Part shown: piece by piece, positions 49,049 through 59,710 of the stretch
How the letters are laid out: the number at the start of each line of letters is the position of its first letter
How positions within the stretch are numbered: the first letter of the stretch is position 1
Assembly (NCBI GenBank): GCA_046328715.1
Contig: JAXLWB010000053.1
Location: 1-64,000 of the forward strand
DNA length: 64,000 nucleotides
Direction of reading: 5' to 3'
Source: Caldilineaceae bacterium
GTDB lineage: Bacteria; Chloroflexota; Anaerolineae; Caldilineales; Caldilineaceae
Made by a program: the position numbers and the translations under genes
Notes under the pieces: generated by a model
Seen by the model: the letters and a program-made list of their open reading frames with translations, nothing else
What the model was told of the DNA's origin: nothing
The model's database searches: none

Positions 49049-49531
49049 CTATTTTAGCGCATCAGAAAGCGCACTGATCACAGCGCTTTCGCCTGCGCTG
49101 ACTAATTGACCGCCAAAGCCAAGAAAGCCACCTTCCTTGGCGGCTTTGGCAACGCCATCGGCCACTTGAAGCACGAATCCATTGTAGGCGGCTACCTCAT
49201 CGGCTGCTTTGCTCTTGAGGATAGTGCTGGCCTGCTGCGCTGAATCGATCGCCATATTCTTCAGCTTGTCTGGGGTCATGCTTGCGACATTGCCCATGAT
49301 GGTTTTGCGCAGCTCTTCTTCGGCGTTTTTGGCTTCTTCGCTGTTGCAAATATCGCGAATCAAGGGGCTGGAACTTTGTGCATTCTCGGCCATGACTCTG
49401 GCCGCGCTCATTGCTTCTTTGACTGCACCAAAGATACCACCGCCTGCACCGGCAATCGCCATGCCGACAATGTGAGGTACGCTGCGTAACACTGACCATT
49501 CTTCCGCACTGAATGAGTTCTTGTCTGCCAT
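49049..49531 (-). CDS. Conserved hypothetical protein (paralog B)
   Basis: Roughly 45-50% identical by eye to the N-terminal domain of paralog A. Confidence 0.55.
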   Translation of the reverse strand: MADKNSFSAEEWSVLRSVPHIVGMAIAGAGGGIFGAVKEAMSAARVMAENAQSSSPLIRDICNSEEAKNAEEELRKTIMGNVASMTPDKLKNMAIDSAQQASTILKSKAADEVAAYNGFVLQVADGVAKAAKEGGFLGFGGQLVSAGESAVISALSDALK

Positions 49532-49830
49532 GTTTGCTCCTTGAGGTTTATTTGTGTGGAGATTGCTTGCACAACCTGGGCTGCTGTCTGTTACCAGATG
49601 AACCTTGCAGAAATCTCATTAGCTTCATGATTAGTGAAGCATGTGTTTCCTAATCACGCTATCATCAGCAGATTACAATTGCTATTTCTTCTACCTTACG
49701 GCGCAGACCCTGATTTTTGCTACTTCTTTCTAGAAGAAAGTAGAGGCGGTTTGCAACCACAGATCTGTGATAAATTCACAAATCAGCAGTTACAAACCGC
49801 CTCTACGAACCTGATCTATTCAAATCGGTT

Positions 49831-50022
49831 TTAATGATCACTCGGCGGCTGGATGCGATTCGTGATCGCCCAAACTACACCCACCAGCACCACAAAGAGC
49901 ACTATAATAATGATCCAAATCGACGAGCTCATCCCACTACCGGTAGCTTCACCAGCAGTTTCTTCGGCCAAAATCAGAGCAAATTGAGCGGCTAAAACCG
50001 CTAATGCAGAAAATAAGGTCAT
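49831..50022 (-). CDS. Small membrane protein
   Basis: 63 aa, two hydrophobic helices. Confidence 0.35.
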   Translation of the reverse strand: MTLFSALAVLAAQFALILAEETAGEATGSGMSSSIWIIIIVLFVVLVGVVWAITNRIQPPSDH

Positions 50023-50091
50023 GCTTCACCCCCTTGAATTTCTCAATCATTTTGAAGAGTATGACCTCATTCTAGCACAAATCAGTGATGG

Positions 50092-50436
50092 CTAAAAGAT
50101 CCAGAAGATAATGGCGTTCAAGATGGCCAGGATAATGGCGGCGAGGATCGCCGTTAGAAAGCCGCCGCGTAGGCGAAAGCCATCGACAAACTGAGCTGCT
50201 AGCCAGATCATGGCACCGTTCAGAACCAGCGCAAACAACCCCAATGTCAGAAAAGTCACTGGAAAGAACAGGAAGCCCAGAACTGGTCGCAACACGGCGT
50301 TGAGCAAGCCGATCACCAATGCTGCGATCAAGGAGGAACTGAAGTTCTTCACCTCGATGCCCAAAGACAAACTTGACATGATTACCAAGCTAATTGCTGT
50401 CACCAGCCAAACCGCAAGAAAACCACCCATAGTCAC
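50092..50436 (-). CDS. Phage-holin-4-like (DUF360) 4-TM membrane protein
   Basis: Four TMs with the conserved GxxN…RPV core (LLNAVLRPVLG). Confidence 0.5.
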   Translation of the reverse strand: MTMGGFLAVWLVTAISLVIMSSLSLGIEVKNFSSSLIAALVIGLLNAVLRPVLGFLFFPVTFLTLGLFALVLNGAMIWLAAQFVDGFRLRGGFLTAILAAIILAILNAIIFWIF

Positions 50437-50456
50437 TCCTTTTTAAATACTCTCCT

Positions 50457-50771
50457 CTAAAAGATGGCCCGAACCATCAACATCAAGCCAAAGATCATCA
50501 ACGGAATGCCGAGAATCGCACCGATGATGGTCAAACACAGCACGCCACCTACGACTAGCAACACAAAACCGATAATGGCTGCCAGCAAGCGTCCGGTTAA
50601 TTTTAAGATCCCTGTGACTAACTGTGCCACTACATAAAAGGGCCACAAAAGCCACGGAACAGGTCTACTTGTAAGCATAAAACTGCCCTCCTTTGCGATA
50701 CAGTACGTAAAGGAGGGCAGTAGAGTTGCGAAGAAATGACAGGATGACAAGATGACAAGATGAATGGACAA
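50457..50771 (-). CDS. Small membrane protein (start possibly at the internal Met, 50678)
   Basis: 2-3 TMs. Confidence 0.35.
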   Translation of the reverse strand: MSIHLVILSSCHFFATLLPSFTYCIAKEGSFMLTSRPVPWLLWPFYVVAQLVTGILKLTGRLLAAIIGFVLLVVGGVLCLTIIGAILGIPLMIFGLMLMVRAIF

Positions 50772-50807
50772 TGTTGTCCTCCTGTCATCTTATCATCTTG
50801 TCTGCTG

Positions 50808-53800
50808 CTACTTGTCGCTTACCGTAAACTGTGCCCCACTACCACGCCCCCACACTTCCTTGAAGTACATCATCTCGCCGTAGACTGGCAGGACGCGGTA
50901 TTCGCCGGGAACAGTGGCGCGCACGTTGAAGGTATACTCGTAAGTGCCAGCGGGCAGGTAGGTGGCAAACATGGCAACCTTGTCGTCACGCACGTCGAGG
51001 TAGCTGGGTGACCAGTAGAACCAGGGTTGATCGCCGGTGGCATCGACCGGGCGCAACGTGGGTTGGCCGTTTTCTGCGACGCCGTAGGGCTGTGCATCCA
51101 ATCTAGGATCGATTGGCTCGGTCCCGGCGGGGATCGGCGCTTCGATCAGCACATGATACATGTCACGCGGGGCGATGATCGTCACCGTCACGCTGATCAC
51201 GTCGCCAACCTGGGCGCTGCTGATCATCTTGCCGTCGAGTTCAAAGCGGCGATCTACCACCAGTCCATGATCCTTGGCCTGCACCGCCAGGGCGTCGATG
51301 GTGTAGCGCAGATAGGTCGTGTAATAGAGTTGACCATTGTCGTTGCTGCGGCTGAATTTCAACTCGTTGGCTGTATCCTTGAGCAGATCGCTGACAGAGG
51401 CACTGAGTTGGACCTTTGCACGGATGTTGTTGGGACCAAAGCTGCCATTGCCCAACTCGTTACCGTTGAGTTCAACTGTCCAATCGTAGTTCGCTTCGAG
51501 TTCACCGCTGGCGGCTAACCAGTCGGTCAAGGCAATGATCGACCAGGCATTTTCCTGCGTGCTTGCCCAGCGTCCTGCCTGGCGGGCGTCCATCAGCCAG
51601 CGCACCGCATTGGGGAGCAACTCATTGTCTGGACGCAGGCGGGTCAATGCTGCCAACACAATCGCCGTGCTGCGCGTATCGGTGTTCATCGTCCAATAAT
51701 CGACTTCGCTCTCGTGCCACGAAGCTGTGGTGGCGCTGAGTGTAGCCGCACCCACCAGATCATCCACCAAGACCTGAATCTGGCTGTCAAAGGCACCGTT
51801 TTCGGCATAGTCATCCAAGGCCATCGCCAAGTAGGCTTTGCCATAGTTGGCCATGCGTGCGCGCTCGTCAAAGAGTGTACTGGCACGGCCCGGATCACCC
51901 TTCTCCATCTCGGCCAGGACATAGTGGGTAAAGGCCATCTCGTTGAGTTTCCAGTTCTCCGTCACGTTGGCAGGTGCCTCAAAGCTGCGGTCAAGATAAT
52001 CTGCCGCACGATCAATCGGCCCCTGATCAATGGAGTAACCAAGCGCCTTCGCCTGTGAAAGCCCCCACAACACGTAGGCTGTGATAAAGGACTCACTCTC
52101 ATTCCCAGGCCAATAGCCCCAGCCACCATCCGGGTTCTGACGGCTGAGCAGGCGGTTAACACCCACGCCCAATTGGAAACTCAGATTATTCTCTAGTGTG
52201 CGGTCATCGATGTTGAGGGTGCGCAGGGCACGTACCGTAAAGAGATTGGGCAGGAAGCGACTCACCGTCTGCTCATTACACTCGTAGGGGTAATGTTGCA
52301 GATAGTCAAGCCCATCCAGCATCCCAGCCGCCAGACTGGGTTCAAGGTTGACCTGCACCTCGGCGTCGCCGGTTGCCTCGCTCGGTAAGGTAATGTTTTC
52401 GGTCTGTCCTTCGGCAGGTACTGTTCCCGCTGTCGCCACGGTTTCTGGCGTCGTATAGTGATTGACAGGAACGGTAATCACAACCGCATCGCTGAGCTGC
52501 GATTGGGCGCTCAGGGTGACCACCACGCTTGACGCTTGCTGATCGACCGTGATCGGGAAGTCGAGACTGGTTTGTCCGCCTGCGCTGATCTGGAGCGTGT
52601 GTGTTACTTCTTCCGTATCCAGGGTTGCGCCGCTGATCGCGATCTCAAATTGCAGATCGCCAATCGCCTCTTTAGTGGTGTTCAAGATTGCTGCGCCGAT
52701 CCTCGCCCGATCGCCTGCTGTGAAGAAGCGTGGCAGCAATGGGCGAATCTGTAGCTCTTTGGTCGCCACAATTTCATTGACTGCCTCGCCCACTTGCGTT
52801 TCTTTGTTGACTGCCTTCACTGCCAACGCCCAGGTGGTGAGATTGTCGGGCAACTTGACGCTGAAGACGATCTTGCCCTCATCGTCAGTGACCAGGTTGG
52901 CACGCCAGTAGGCAATGTCGGGGAAATCCTGGCGGATTTCCAGCAAACCACCACCGCCACCACCGCCACCACCTTTGGCCCCTTCGCTCAACTGTTGGCT
53001 CATGCGGTCGTTGTTGATGACTAAAGTTGCGCCTGTGGTCACGCCCAGTTGGCGTTGATAGTAGAAGATGTCGAGCAACTTGCGGGTATCGCCCTCGGCC
53101 AATGAAAGCACAGCCTTATCGACCAAGGCCACACTGACGTTGCTATTGGCCGCAGGCTTGCCACTGCTATCCATGACGGAGAGCGTGTAGGTCACTGTCT
53201 CGGCGGGTTTGACTATAGCGGCTGAAGTCTTTACATCGACCGTCAGTGACTTGCTGGATGTATCGACGGTTAACTGCGCATAGCCAACACGCATCGCTGG
53301 CACAGGATCGACCTCATCGATGCCCTTCATCAAGATCACGCTGACATAGATATTGGGGATGTGTGCTTCTGTAATCGGAATCTCTAGCGTATTGCTGCTT
53401 CCGGTCAAGTTGAGCACCTTCGACTCGATTACACCGCCCTGTTCGAGGGTCAGCAACGCTTTAACGGTGCCGCTGAAGGGGCTGGTGACGAGAATCTTCG
53501 CCGTGTCGCCTGGCTTGTAGCTCTTCTTGTCGGCGATCAGATCGATGCGGTCATTGTTGCGCCGCGGCCAGGCTACAAACTGCGACGGATCGCTTTCACT
53601 GATCCACTGGTAGCCCGCACTGCCAATGTGATTGCCGCTTTCGTCGTCCGCTTGTGCCACGATCTGGTATTGACCCCCTTTGGCGGGCGTCCAATCAAAG
53701 CTGGCACGGCCATCGGCGTCACTAGTGACAGTGGTGCTAAAGACCGGCGTGCGTTCGACGCTGCTGTTCCACATGTAGGTGCCATCGGAGGTGCGCTCGT

Positions 53801-56800
53801 AGACACTGTTCCAGTTGAACTCGTAGACGGTGATGTCAATCGGTACATTGGCAAATGGCTCACCTTGCGGGTTGATCGTGACCAGATCTACGGTGCTGGG
53901 TGTGCCGCGCTCGACCACATAACTTTGCGGGCTGATGCCGATATAGAAATCACCGCGGTGGACCACGACGCTGACATTCTCATAGACAAACTGGTTGGTC
54001 GTGCTCTGGATTGTGGCGTTGATACTCCACTGCTGACTTTGCAGCGCCTCCCCTAAGTCGGCGGGAACCTCGATGACAAAATTGCCTTCGCTATCGGTAA
54101 CCCCGCTTCCTTCCTTAAGCAGACCGCCGCTAAAGCCTCGATAGGGATCGTACTCGGCCTGTTTGGGGTCGAATGGGTCAAAGGTAAACCATCGTCCTTC
54201 GAGCGCCTTAGGCGGGTTGCTCCAGGAAAAGAAGTAGGGATTGCCTAACAACTGCCAGGTAACTGGCGCATTCGCCAACGGTCCACCTGAGAAGTAACTG
54301 GCCTGGACCTTTACCCGGACCGTGTCGCCCTGAACGTATTCGGGCTTGTCTGGCGTCATGCTGATTTCAAATTCGGGCTTACGGTAGGCGGCTACTTGGA
54401 AGCCTGCTGAGTTACTACTCGTGCGGTCGGGCGCATATTGGATGCTGCCCTCGATAAAGTAGTAGCCCGTGATTGCATCGGAGGAAAGGGCAAATTGACC
54501 GTTGACCGTGCCATATTCATCTGGTGTCATCGTCTCTTCGTGGACGACGTTGCCAAAGCCATCGTTGATCTTGATTTTGATCTCGGTGCTGGCATCGGGA
54601 AGTTGGTATTGATCATTGACTAAGGCCCGCACAATGCCTTTCCAGTACATGGTCTGCCCTGGGCGGTAGATTGGGCGGTCGGTGTAGAAGTATATCGTGT
54701 AGCGATCAGTATACATGCCACCGGGCAGATTGAAATCCCACGAGGCAATGCCGCTGTTCCAATCGCTGGAGGCCAGCGCATAATCGTCACTGCCCTGCTC
54801 GCCGACCAGCGCCAGTACGGGCAGGTAACTCATGGTTGGATCGATGGTCAGGGTGGCTGTGGCAATACCATTGGCATCAGTCGTCGCCTCGCCAACCATT
54901 TTACCGTTTTGTACAAAGCGAACCGTCTTGTCGGCCACCGGTTGACCGCTGCGCAGATCGGTGAGCCAAGCCAAACTTGTTCCCTGATCAGACTTTTTGA
55001 TGATCAACTGATAGTTGCTGAGCACCAGCACCGACTGTGATTTTTGGCGTTGTACCATATCACCTTGCGGCGTTGGCACGTTGGTCGGTTCACTGGTCTC
55101 GACCAGGTAGAGGCCAGGCGGCAGCGCTTTGCCTGCTTTGTTAGTCAAGGTGATCACCTGACGTATGGCGACGTTGCGTTCCTCGACTCCTTCATAGCTG
55201 CGCTGCCAGATTAGGTTACCCGCCTCATTGGGCACGGAATAGTTGTCCCAAATTTGATATTGGTTCTCGCCTGTCAGTTTGTAGAGTTCGTCTTCTGGTA
55301 GGCCAAAGAGTTTGACTTTAACTTCGTTGACGTTGCGATAGAGCAGGCTAGTGCGGGTTTGTGAGAAGGCGCTGTAATGAACGTAGCGCTCAGTATCTAG
55401 CTTGATAAAGGGTGAGAAATCACCTGTCGTGAAATGCAGCGTGTAATCTTTGCCCAGCTTGTTGCCAAAGATATCTTCGGTTGCGCTGCCGATGGTGACA
55501 GTGAATTCGCTTTGCGGGGCTTTGAACCAACTGATGTTCAACTCGCGATTCCAATCCGAATAGTAGCTGTAGACCTGCGTGTTGGTGATTTCAGGCGAGA
55601 CGCGAATGTTGTCGATCACGCTGGTGGTGCTCATGTTGGTGTTGAAACGAAGCACGATGGCACTATCGGGCAGCACTCCTTCTTCGCCGTCGTTGGGCGA
55701 GGAGTATTCAACAGCGGGTAGAGGCGCAACTGTAAAGGTTATGATGCTTTCTTGAGCAAGAGAACCAAGACCACTGGCTGGTTTGGCACTGGAGTCGATG
55801 CGAATCGCATAGTCACTGCCAAATTGCAAGAGTTGGGTCGGAGTAAAGTTTAGAGATTTGCTCAGTTCATCCCAGGTAAAGTCTCCTTCGACATCATTTT
55901 CATTATTCGTTTCGCGCAAGCTGAATGCCGATTCGACACTGGCGCGGTCCATCGACTGGTCAAAATTGACGGTCACACTCGTATCGGGGCGCACCAACGT
56001 ACCTGTAGGCTGGACATCAGTCACGGAAGGGGCCTTGGTATTAAAGCGAACGATAACGGGTTCAGCTAACGTTTCACCATCGACTGTAGTCACATTAGCA
56101 ACTGTCATCTTATAGTGGGTTGCACCAGCCAATCCCAACTTGGGCTTGAAGGTGTAGATGCTTGTGTTAAGCCATTGCCCCGTCCCTTCGACCGCAGGAT
56201 CGATAGTCAGCGGATTGGGCAGACTAGATTGATCGGCCAGTCCCACCAAATTGACCACGGGACGATTGAAGACAATCACGATCTGCGAGTCGGTGCTGAC
56301 ATCGCTGCTACCGTCGCTAGGCTGCGTGGAGGTGACGCGAAACGAACTATCGTCATTGTCGCTTTGGCCCTGCTGTGCATTTGGTAGTTCGTTCCTGAGT
56401 AAGGCACGAAAGGCGGTGTCACCTTCGGCACTGGCGGTGTACCATTTATTGTCATATTCCGAACTGCCGTTGACTAAACCCAGGTAATGGACCAATCCGC
56501 CGCTTTGGCCGTCGAAAGGATAATATTCAAGTTGGTCTTCGGCCTGATATGCGCCACTTTCCAACCGTCCATAACGAACGATCTGGTAGTGGGTGGGGGG
56601 AATGTCAGGTTTAGCCTGAACAGAACTCACCTCTGAATCAGGAAAATAGCTGAAACTGAAAAAGCTGGTTAATGTAGGAGAGGTGGATTCAATTTCGGAT
56701 AGTAAAGCGCCACCCGAGACGACGATCTTGCTAAAATTACCTTTCGCTTCAACGGGCACAGAGGAGGAGAAGATAGGTAGAAGCGTCAAAATCAAAAGCA

Positions 56801-56837
56801 AAAAGCTAAGTGGAAAAACTGGTTTATATTTCAACAT
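50808..56837 (-). CDS. Bacterial alpha-2-macroglobulin family protein with intact thioester motif and N-terminal Ig-like domains
   Basis: 2009 aa; signal peptide; CNEQ (CxEQ) thioester motif in YECNEQTVSRF; G9 linker; macroglobulin-like repeats; sits directly downstream of pbpC. Confidence 0.8.
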   Translation of the reverse strand: MLKYKPVFPLSFLLLILTLLPIFSSSVPVEAKGNFSKIVVSGGALLSEIESTSPTLTSFFSFSYFPDSEVSSVQAKPDIPPTHYQIVRYGRLESGAYQAEDQLEYYPFDGQSGGLVHYLGLVNGSSEYDNKWYTASAEGDTAFRALLRNELPNAQQGQSDNDDSSFRVTSTQPSDGSSDVSTDSQIVIVFNRPVVNLVGLADQSSLPNPLTIDPAVEGTGQWLNTSIYTFKPKLGLAGATHYKMTVANVTTVDGETLAEPVIVRFNTKAPSVTDVQPTGTLVRPDTSVTVNFDQSMDRASVESAFSLRETNNENDVEGDFTWDELSKSLNFTPTQLLQFGSDYAIRIDSSAKPASGLGSLAQESIITFTVAPLPAVEYSSPNDGEEGVLPDSAIVLRFNTNMSTTSVIDNIRVSPEITNTQVYSYYSDWNRELNISWFKAPQSEFTVTIGSATEDIFGNKLGKDYTLHFTTGDFSPFIKLDTERYVHYSAFSQTRTSLLYRNVNEVKVKLFGLPEDELYKLTGENQYQIWDNYSVPNEAGNLIWQRSYEGVEERNVAIRQVITLTNKAGKALPPGLYLVETSEPTNVPTPQGDMVQRQKSQSVLVLSNYQLIIKKSDQGTSLAWLTDLRSGQPVADKTVRFVQNGKMVGEATTDANGIATATLTIDPTMSYLPVLALVGEQGSDDYALASSDWNSGIASWDFNLPGGMYTDRYTIYFYTDRPIYRPGQTMYWKGIVRALVNDQYQLPDASTEIKIKINDGFGNVVHEETMTPDEYGTVNGQFALSSDAITGYYFIEGSIQYAPDRTSSNSAGFQVAAYRKPEFEISMTPDKPEYVQGDTVRVKVQASYFSGGPLANAPVTWQLLGNPYFFSWSNPPKALEGRWFTFDPFDPKQAEYDPYRGFSGGLLKEGSGVTDSEGNFVIEVPADLGEALQSQQWSINATIQSTTNQFVYENVSVVVHRGDFYIGISPQSYVVERGTPSTVDLVTINPQGEPFANVPIDITVYEFNWNSVYERTSDGTYMWNSSVERTPVFSTTVTSDADGRASFDWTPAKGGQYQIVAQADDESGNHIGSAGYQWISESDPSQFVAWPRRNNDRIDLIADKKSYKPGDTAKILVTSPFSGTVKALLTLEQGGVIESKVLNLTGSSNTLEIPITEAHIPNIYVSVILMKGIDEVDPVPAMRVGYAQLTVDTSSKSLTVDVKTSAAIVKPAETVTYTLSVMDSSGKPAANSNVSVALVDKAVLSLAEGDTRKLLDIFYYQRQLGVTTGATLVINNDRMSQQLSEGAKGGGGGGGGGLLEIRQDFPDIAYWRANLVTDDEGKIVFSVKLPDNLTTWALAVKAVNKETQVGEAVNEIVATKELQIRPLLPRFFTAGDRARIGAAILNTTKEAIGDLQFEIAISGATLDTEEVTHTLQISAGGQTSLDFPITVDQQASSVVVTLSAQSQLSDAVVITVPVNHYTTPETVATAGTVPAEGQTENITLPSEATGDAEVQVNLEPSLAAGMLDGLDYLQHYPYECNEQTVSRFLPNLFTVRALRTLNIDDRTLENNLSFQLGVGVNRLLSRQNPDGGWGYWPGNESESFITAYVLWGLSQAKALGYSIDQGPIDRAADYLDRSFEAPANVTENWKLNEMAFTHYVLAEMEKGDPGRASTLFDERARMANYGKAYLAMALDDYAENGAFDSQIQVLVDDLVGAATLSATTASWHESEVDYWTMNTDTRSTAIVLAALTRLRPDNELLPNAVRWLMDARQAGRWASTQENAWSIIALTDWLAASGELEANYDWTVELNGNELGNGSFGPNNIRAKVQLSASVSDLLKDTANELKFSRSNDNGQLYYTTYLRYTIDALAVQAKDHGLVVDRRFELDGKMISSAQVGDVISVTVTIIAPRDMYHVLIEAPIPAGTEPIDPRLDAQPYGVAENGQPTLRPVDATGDQPWFYWSPSYLDVRDDKVAMFATYLPAGTYEYTFNVRATVPGEYRVLPVYGEMMYFKEVWGRGSGAQFTVSDK

Positions 56838-57041
56838 TTTGATTCACCCTTTTTGCAAGTATTAATTCTTGCTGAATTGAGGTAAGTTGTAATCAAAAAG
56901 ATAAAAGTAGAAAAAGTGATAATTACAGTCTAGTCTTATGATGATACGCTGGCTAGACTCAACTCGGACTGCTGATCAACGCTTTTCTTTAGGTGCACAA
57001 GGAAGAGCATCGCAACTGATGATTATAGCACAGAGCAGTCC

Positions 57042-59624
57042 TTACTCTACGATTACCAGAGCTTCATCCGACTTTACGATTTCTCCACCGGCTTGCTCTG
57101 TTCCCTCGATCCAGAAGTGATGCTCACCTGGTTCGAGTACCCACCAATCAGTGAGACGATTGGTCGACTGTTTTTGTTGCACGATTTGACCGTCTAACAT
57201 CAAGCGTAATTCATACCAGACACTGCCGTCGGTCACATAGCCGCCAATCTGAAGTCGTTGGTTGGCGCGTGGTAGGTCGGGGCGGATGCGGTAGCTGGTG
57301 TGCGAGGTGGGGGCTGTCAAAAGCAATTGGGGCTTTGGAATTGCGGATTGCGGGTTGAAAAGCGTGGTACTGGCTGTTTGGTAATTGGTAATGGGTAATT
57401 CAGAATTGGGAATGAGCGCAATTCCCTGGCTGAGCATCCATGGTTGATACTCAGGCGGCAGATTCCAGTAGACCTTGTTGAGGATTTGCGCCTTGGGTGT
57501 TGCTTCAGTGGCACGCAGGCCAGTGGTGCGGTCGATGGCAATCTTGACAAATTGAGTGTCGGGTTGAGTTGGCTCGGTGCCACGGATAAAGTGTTCGGTG
57601 ATGGTACGCGGACAGGCTGGTGAAGGTAACATACCACTGGCAGCGCAGATGGTCACATCGACAATGCCGTCAGGGCGGTTGAACGGGCGAGGCGGCTGGA
57701 TCTGAAAGTTAGGATGGGCAGCCAACATCACATCGTGCCAGATCGGGCCTGCTCCATCGACGCCGCTGATATCCAGCATCGCTGTGTTATCAGCATTGCC
57801 AACCCAGACGCCAACGATGCGTTCGGTTGAATAGCCAACTGTCCAGTTATCACGGTAATCTGTGGTCGTGCCGGTTTTAGCCGCAGCGGGAAAGGGCAAA
57901 TGCAGCACCGAGTTCTCGCCAAACGAGGGAATGCGCGCCACGTTGTCGGAGAGCATGTCAGTGAGCAGGTAGGCAGTTTGTGGAGAGATGAATTGGGGGG
58001 ATGGGGATGTAGGTAGGTAGGGTGATTGTACTTTCTCCTCATCCCCCCAACCCCCTATCTCCTCAATCGCCCTCGGCTCTAGACGTTTTCCTTGCTGAAA
58101 AATGCCATAGGCTGCCGTCAATTCTAGCAACTTCACTTCACCCCCCCCCAGAGTCAACGCCAGTCCGAAGTCACCACCGAAGGTGCTGATGCCAGCGTCG
58201 GCGGCGAGCTGTTGCAGGCTGGCTACGCCAATGCGGTCAAGCGTTTTGACGGCAGGAATGTTGTAGCTATTGGCCAGCGCACTGCGGATACTCACAGGCC
58301 CGTGATACTGCCGATCATAGTTGACGGGTTGATAGGGCACGTTGCCGCCGTTCTCATCTTTGACGTAAAAGGTTGTCTCCAAATCGGGGATGATCGTGGC
58401 AGGCGTTAATGGGGAAAGCCCCAATCGTTGATTCCATTGTGGGTCGAGCGCGACAGCATAGGTCAGCGGCTTGATGGCACTGCCCGGTTGGCGCAGACTC
58501 AGCGCGGCGTTGACATTGCCTTGGATATGCTGGTCAAAATAATCGGGACTACCGACCATCGCCAGAATTTCACCTGTCCTAGCGTCGAGCACGACTACTG
58601 CGGCGTTGTCAACGCGCCGATTGGGGTCAGTCGAGGCATTACAAAGACCTGGTTTACGGCAATTGAGCAAATCGAGCCGGTATCTCACCGACTGTTCCGC
58701 CTTGTGCTGGAGATCAAGGTCGAGTGTGGTCACCACGTGCAGCCCACCCTGGCGTAGACGATCTGCCCCCACCTGCTGCAATAGCAGATCCTGGACGTAC
58801 ATCACAAAATGGGGCGCTTCGATATCGAAGAGCTTGGACTTGTAGCGCAATGGCTCGGCGGCAATCTCATCCGATTCCGCCTGGGTAATAAAGTCCGCTT
58901 CCCGCATTAGCCGCAACACAGTCAATTGACGGGCTTTGGCGGTTTCCGGTTCGAGCAGCGGGTTGTAGCCAGTGGGATACTGCACCAAACCAGCCAGCAA
59001 CGTGCATTCGGCTCGGCTCAACTGAGCAGCCGGTTTGGCAAAGAAAACCTGGGCCGCAGCCTCCAATCCAAAGGCAAAGTTGCCGTAGTAAGTCTGGTTG
59101 AGATAAAGGGCGAGCACTTGTTCTTTCGTGTAGACACGCTCAAGTCGCCACGCCAGCCAGCCTTCGCGAATTTTGCGGCTGAGCGATTGGGTATAGCGTT
59201 CTTCTGGGGAGAGAAAAAGGTTGCGTGCCAACTGTTGGGTTAAGGTACTGCCGCCAGAAACAACTTCCCGCCCCCGCCAATTCTGAATCAAGGCACGAGC
59301 AATGGCAACCGGATCCACGCCAGGGTGTAGGAAGAATCGTTTGTCTTCGGTGGCAAGTGTGGCGTCGATACAGGCTTTGGGGAAATTTGTCAGATCCAGA
59401 TTGACCTGCTTGCCCGCATCGGGGTCGATTACTTCGTAAAGCAGTCGCCCGTTGCGGTCGAGGATTTGGGTAGTCGGGCGTATTAGGCGTTGTTGGACCG
59501 TGCTGATGGCAGGGAGATCGGCGAGCAGCGTGAAGTAGAGTGCGGCTGCGCCGAGCACGCCCAAAAATACAAAAATAGAAAATATTCTGATGACAGACGA
59601 CCTATTGAGCCGAAACATGTACAT
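57042..59624 (-). CDS. pbpC: Penicillin-binding protein 1C (GT51 transglycosylase + transpeptidase + PBP1C C-terminal domain)
   Basis: N-terminal TM; GT51 motifs ([24 protein letters not shown]); SxxK (SAIK), KTG(T); C-terminal BiPBP_C-like beta domain. Confidence 0.82.
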   Translation of the reverse strand: MYMFRLNRSSVIRIFSIFVFLGVLGAAALYFTLLADLPAISTVQQRLIRPTTQILDRNGRLLYEVIDPDAGKQVNLDLTNFPKACIDATLATEDKRFFLHPGVDPVAIARALIQNWRGREVVSGGSTLTQQLARNLFLSPEERYTQSLSRKIREGWLAWRLERVYTKEQVLALYLNQTYYGNFAFGLEAAAQVFFAKPAAQLSRAECTLLAGLVQYPTGYNPLLEPETAKARQLTVLRLMREADFITQAESDEIAAEPLRYKSKLFDIEAPHFVMYVQDLLLQQVGADRLRQGGLHVVTTLDLDLQHKAEQSVRYRLDLLNCRKPGLCNASTDPNRRVDNAAVVVLDARTGEILAMVGSPDYFDQHIQGNVNAALSLRQPGSAIKPLTYAVALDPQWNQRLGLSPLTPATIIPDLETTFYVKDENGGNVPYQPVNYDRQYHGPVSIRSALANSYNIPAVKTLDRIGVASLQQLAADAGISTFGGDFGLALTLGGGEVKLLELTAAYGIFQQGKRLEPRAIEEIGGWGDEEKVQSPYLPTSPSPQFISPQTAYLLTDMLSDNVARIPSFGENSVLHLPFPAAAKTGTTTDYRDNWTVGYSTERIVGVWVGNADNTAMLDISGVDGAGPIWHDVMLAAHPNFQIQPPRPFNRPDGIVDVTICAASGMLPSPACPRTITEHFIRGTEPTQPDTQFVKIAIDRTTGLRATEATPKAQILNKVYWNLPPEYQPWMLSQGIALIPNSELPITNYQTASTTLFNPQSAIPKPQLLLTAPTSHTSYRIRPDLPRANQRLQIGGYVTDGSVWYELRLMLDGQIVQQKQSTNRLTDWWVLEPGEHHFWIEGTEQAGGEIVKSDEALVIVE

Positions 59625-59710
59625 ATTTGTACAACGGCAACAGTGCGGTTTCTGTTCCGAAGCGTGTGCGATTGCAAATTTTTTCTGAAAGTGCTATGTC
59701 TTTATGGTTC

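Noticed and set aside
51027-51518. Several plus-strand ORFs (51027.., 51714.., 53628.., 62423..) inside the A2M and surface-protein genes
   Set aside because: All are nested antisense to very long, motif-rich minus-strand genes.
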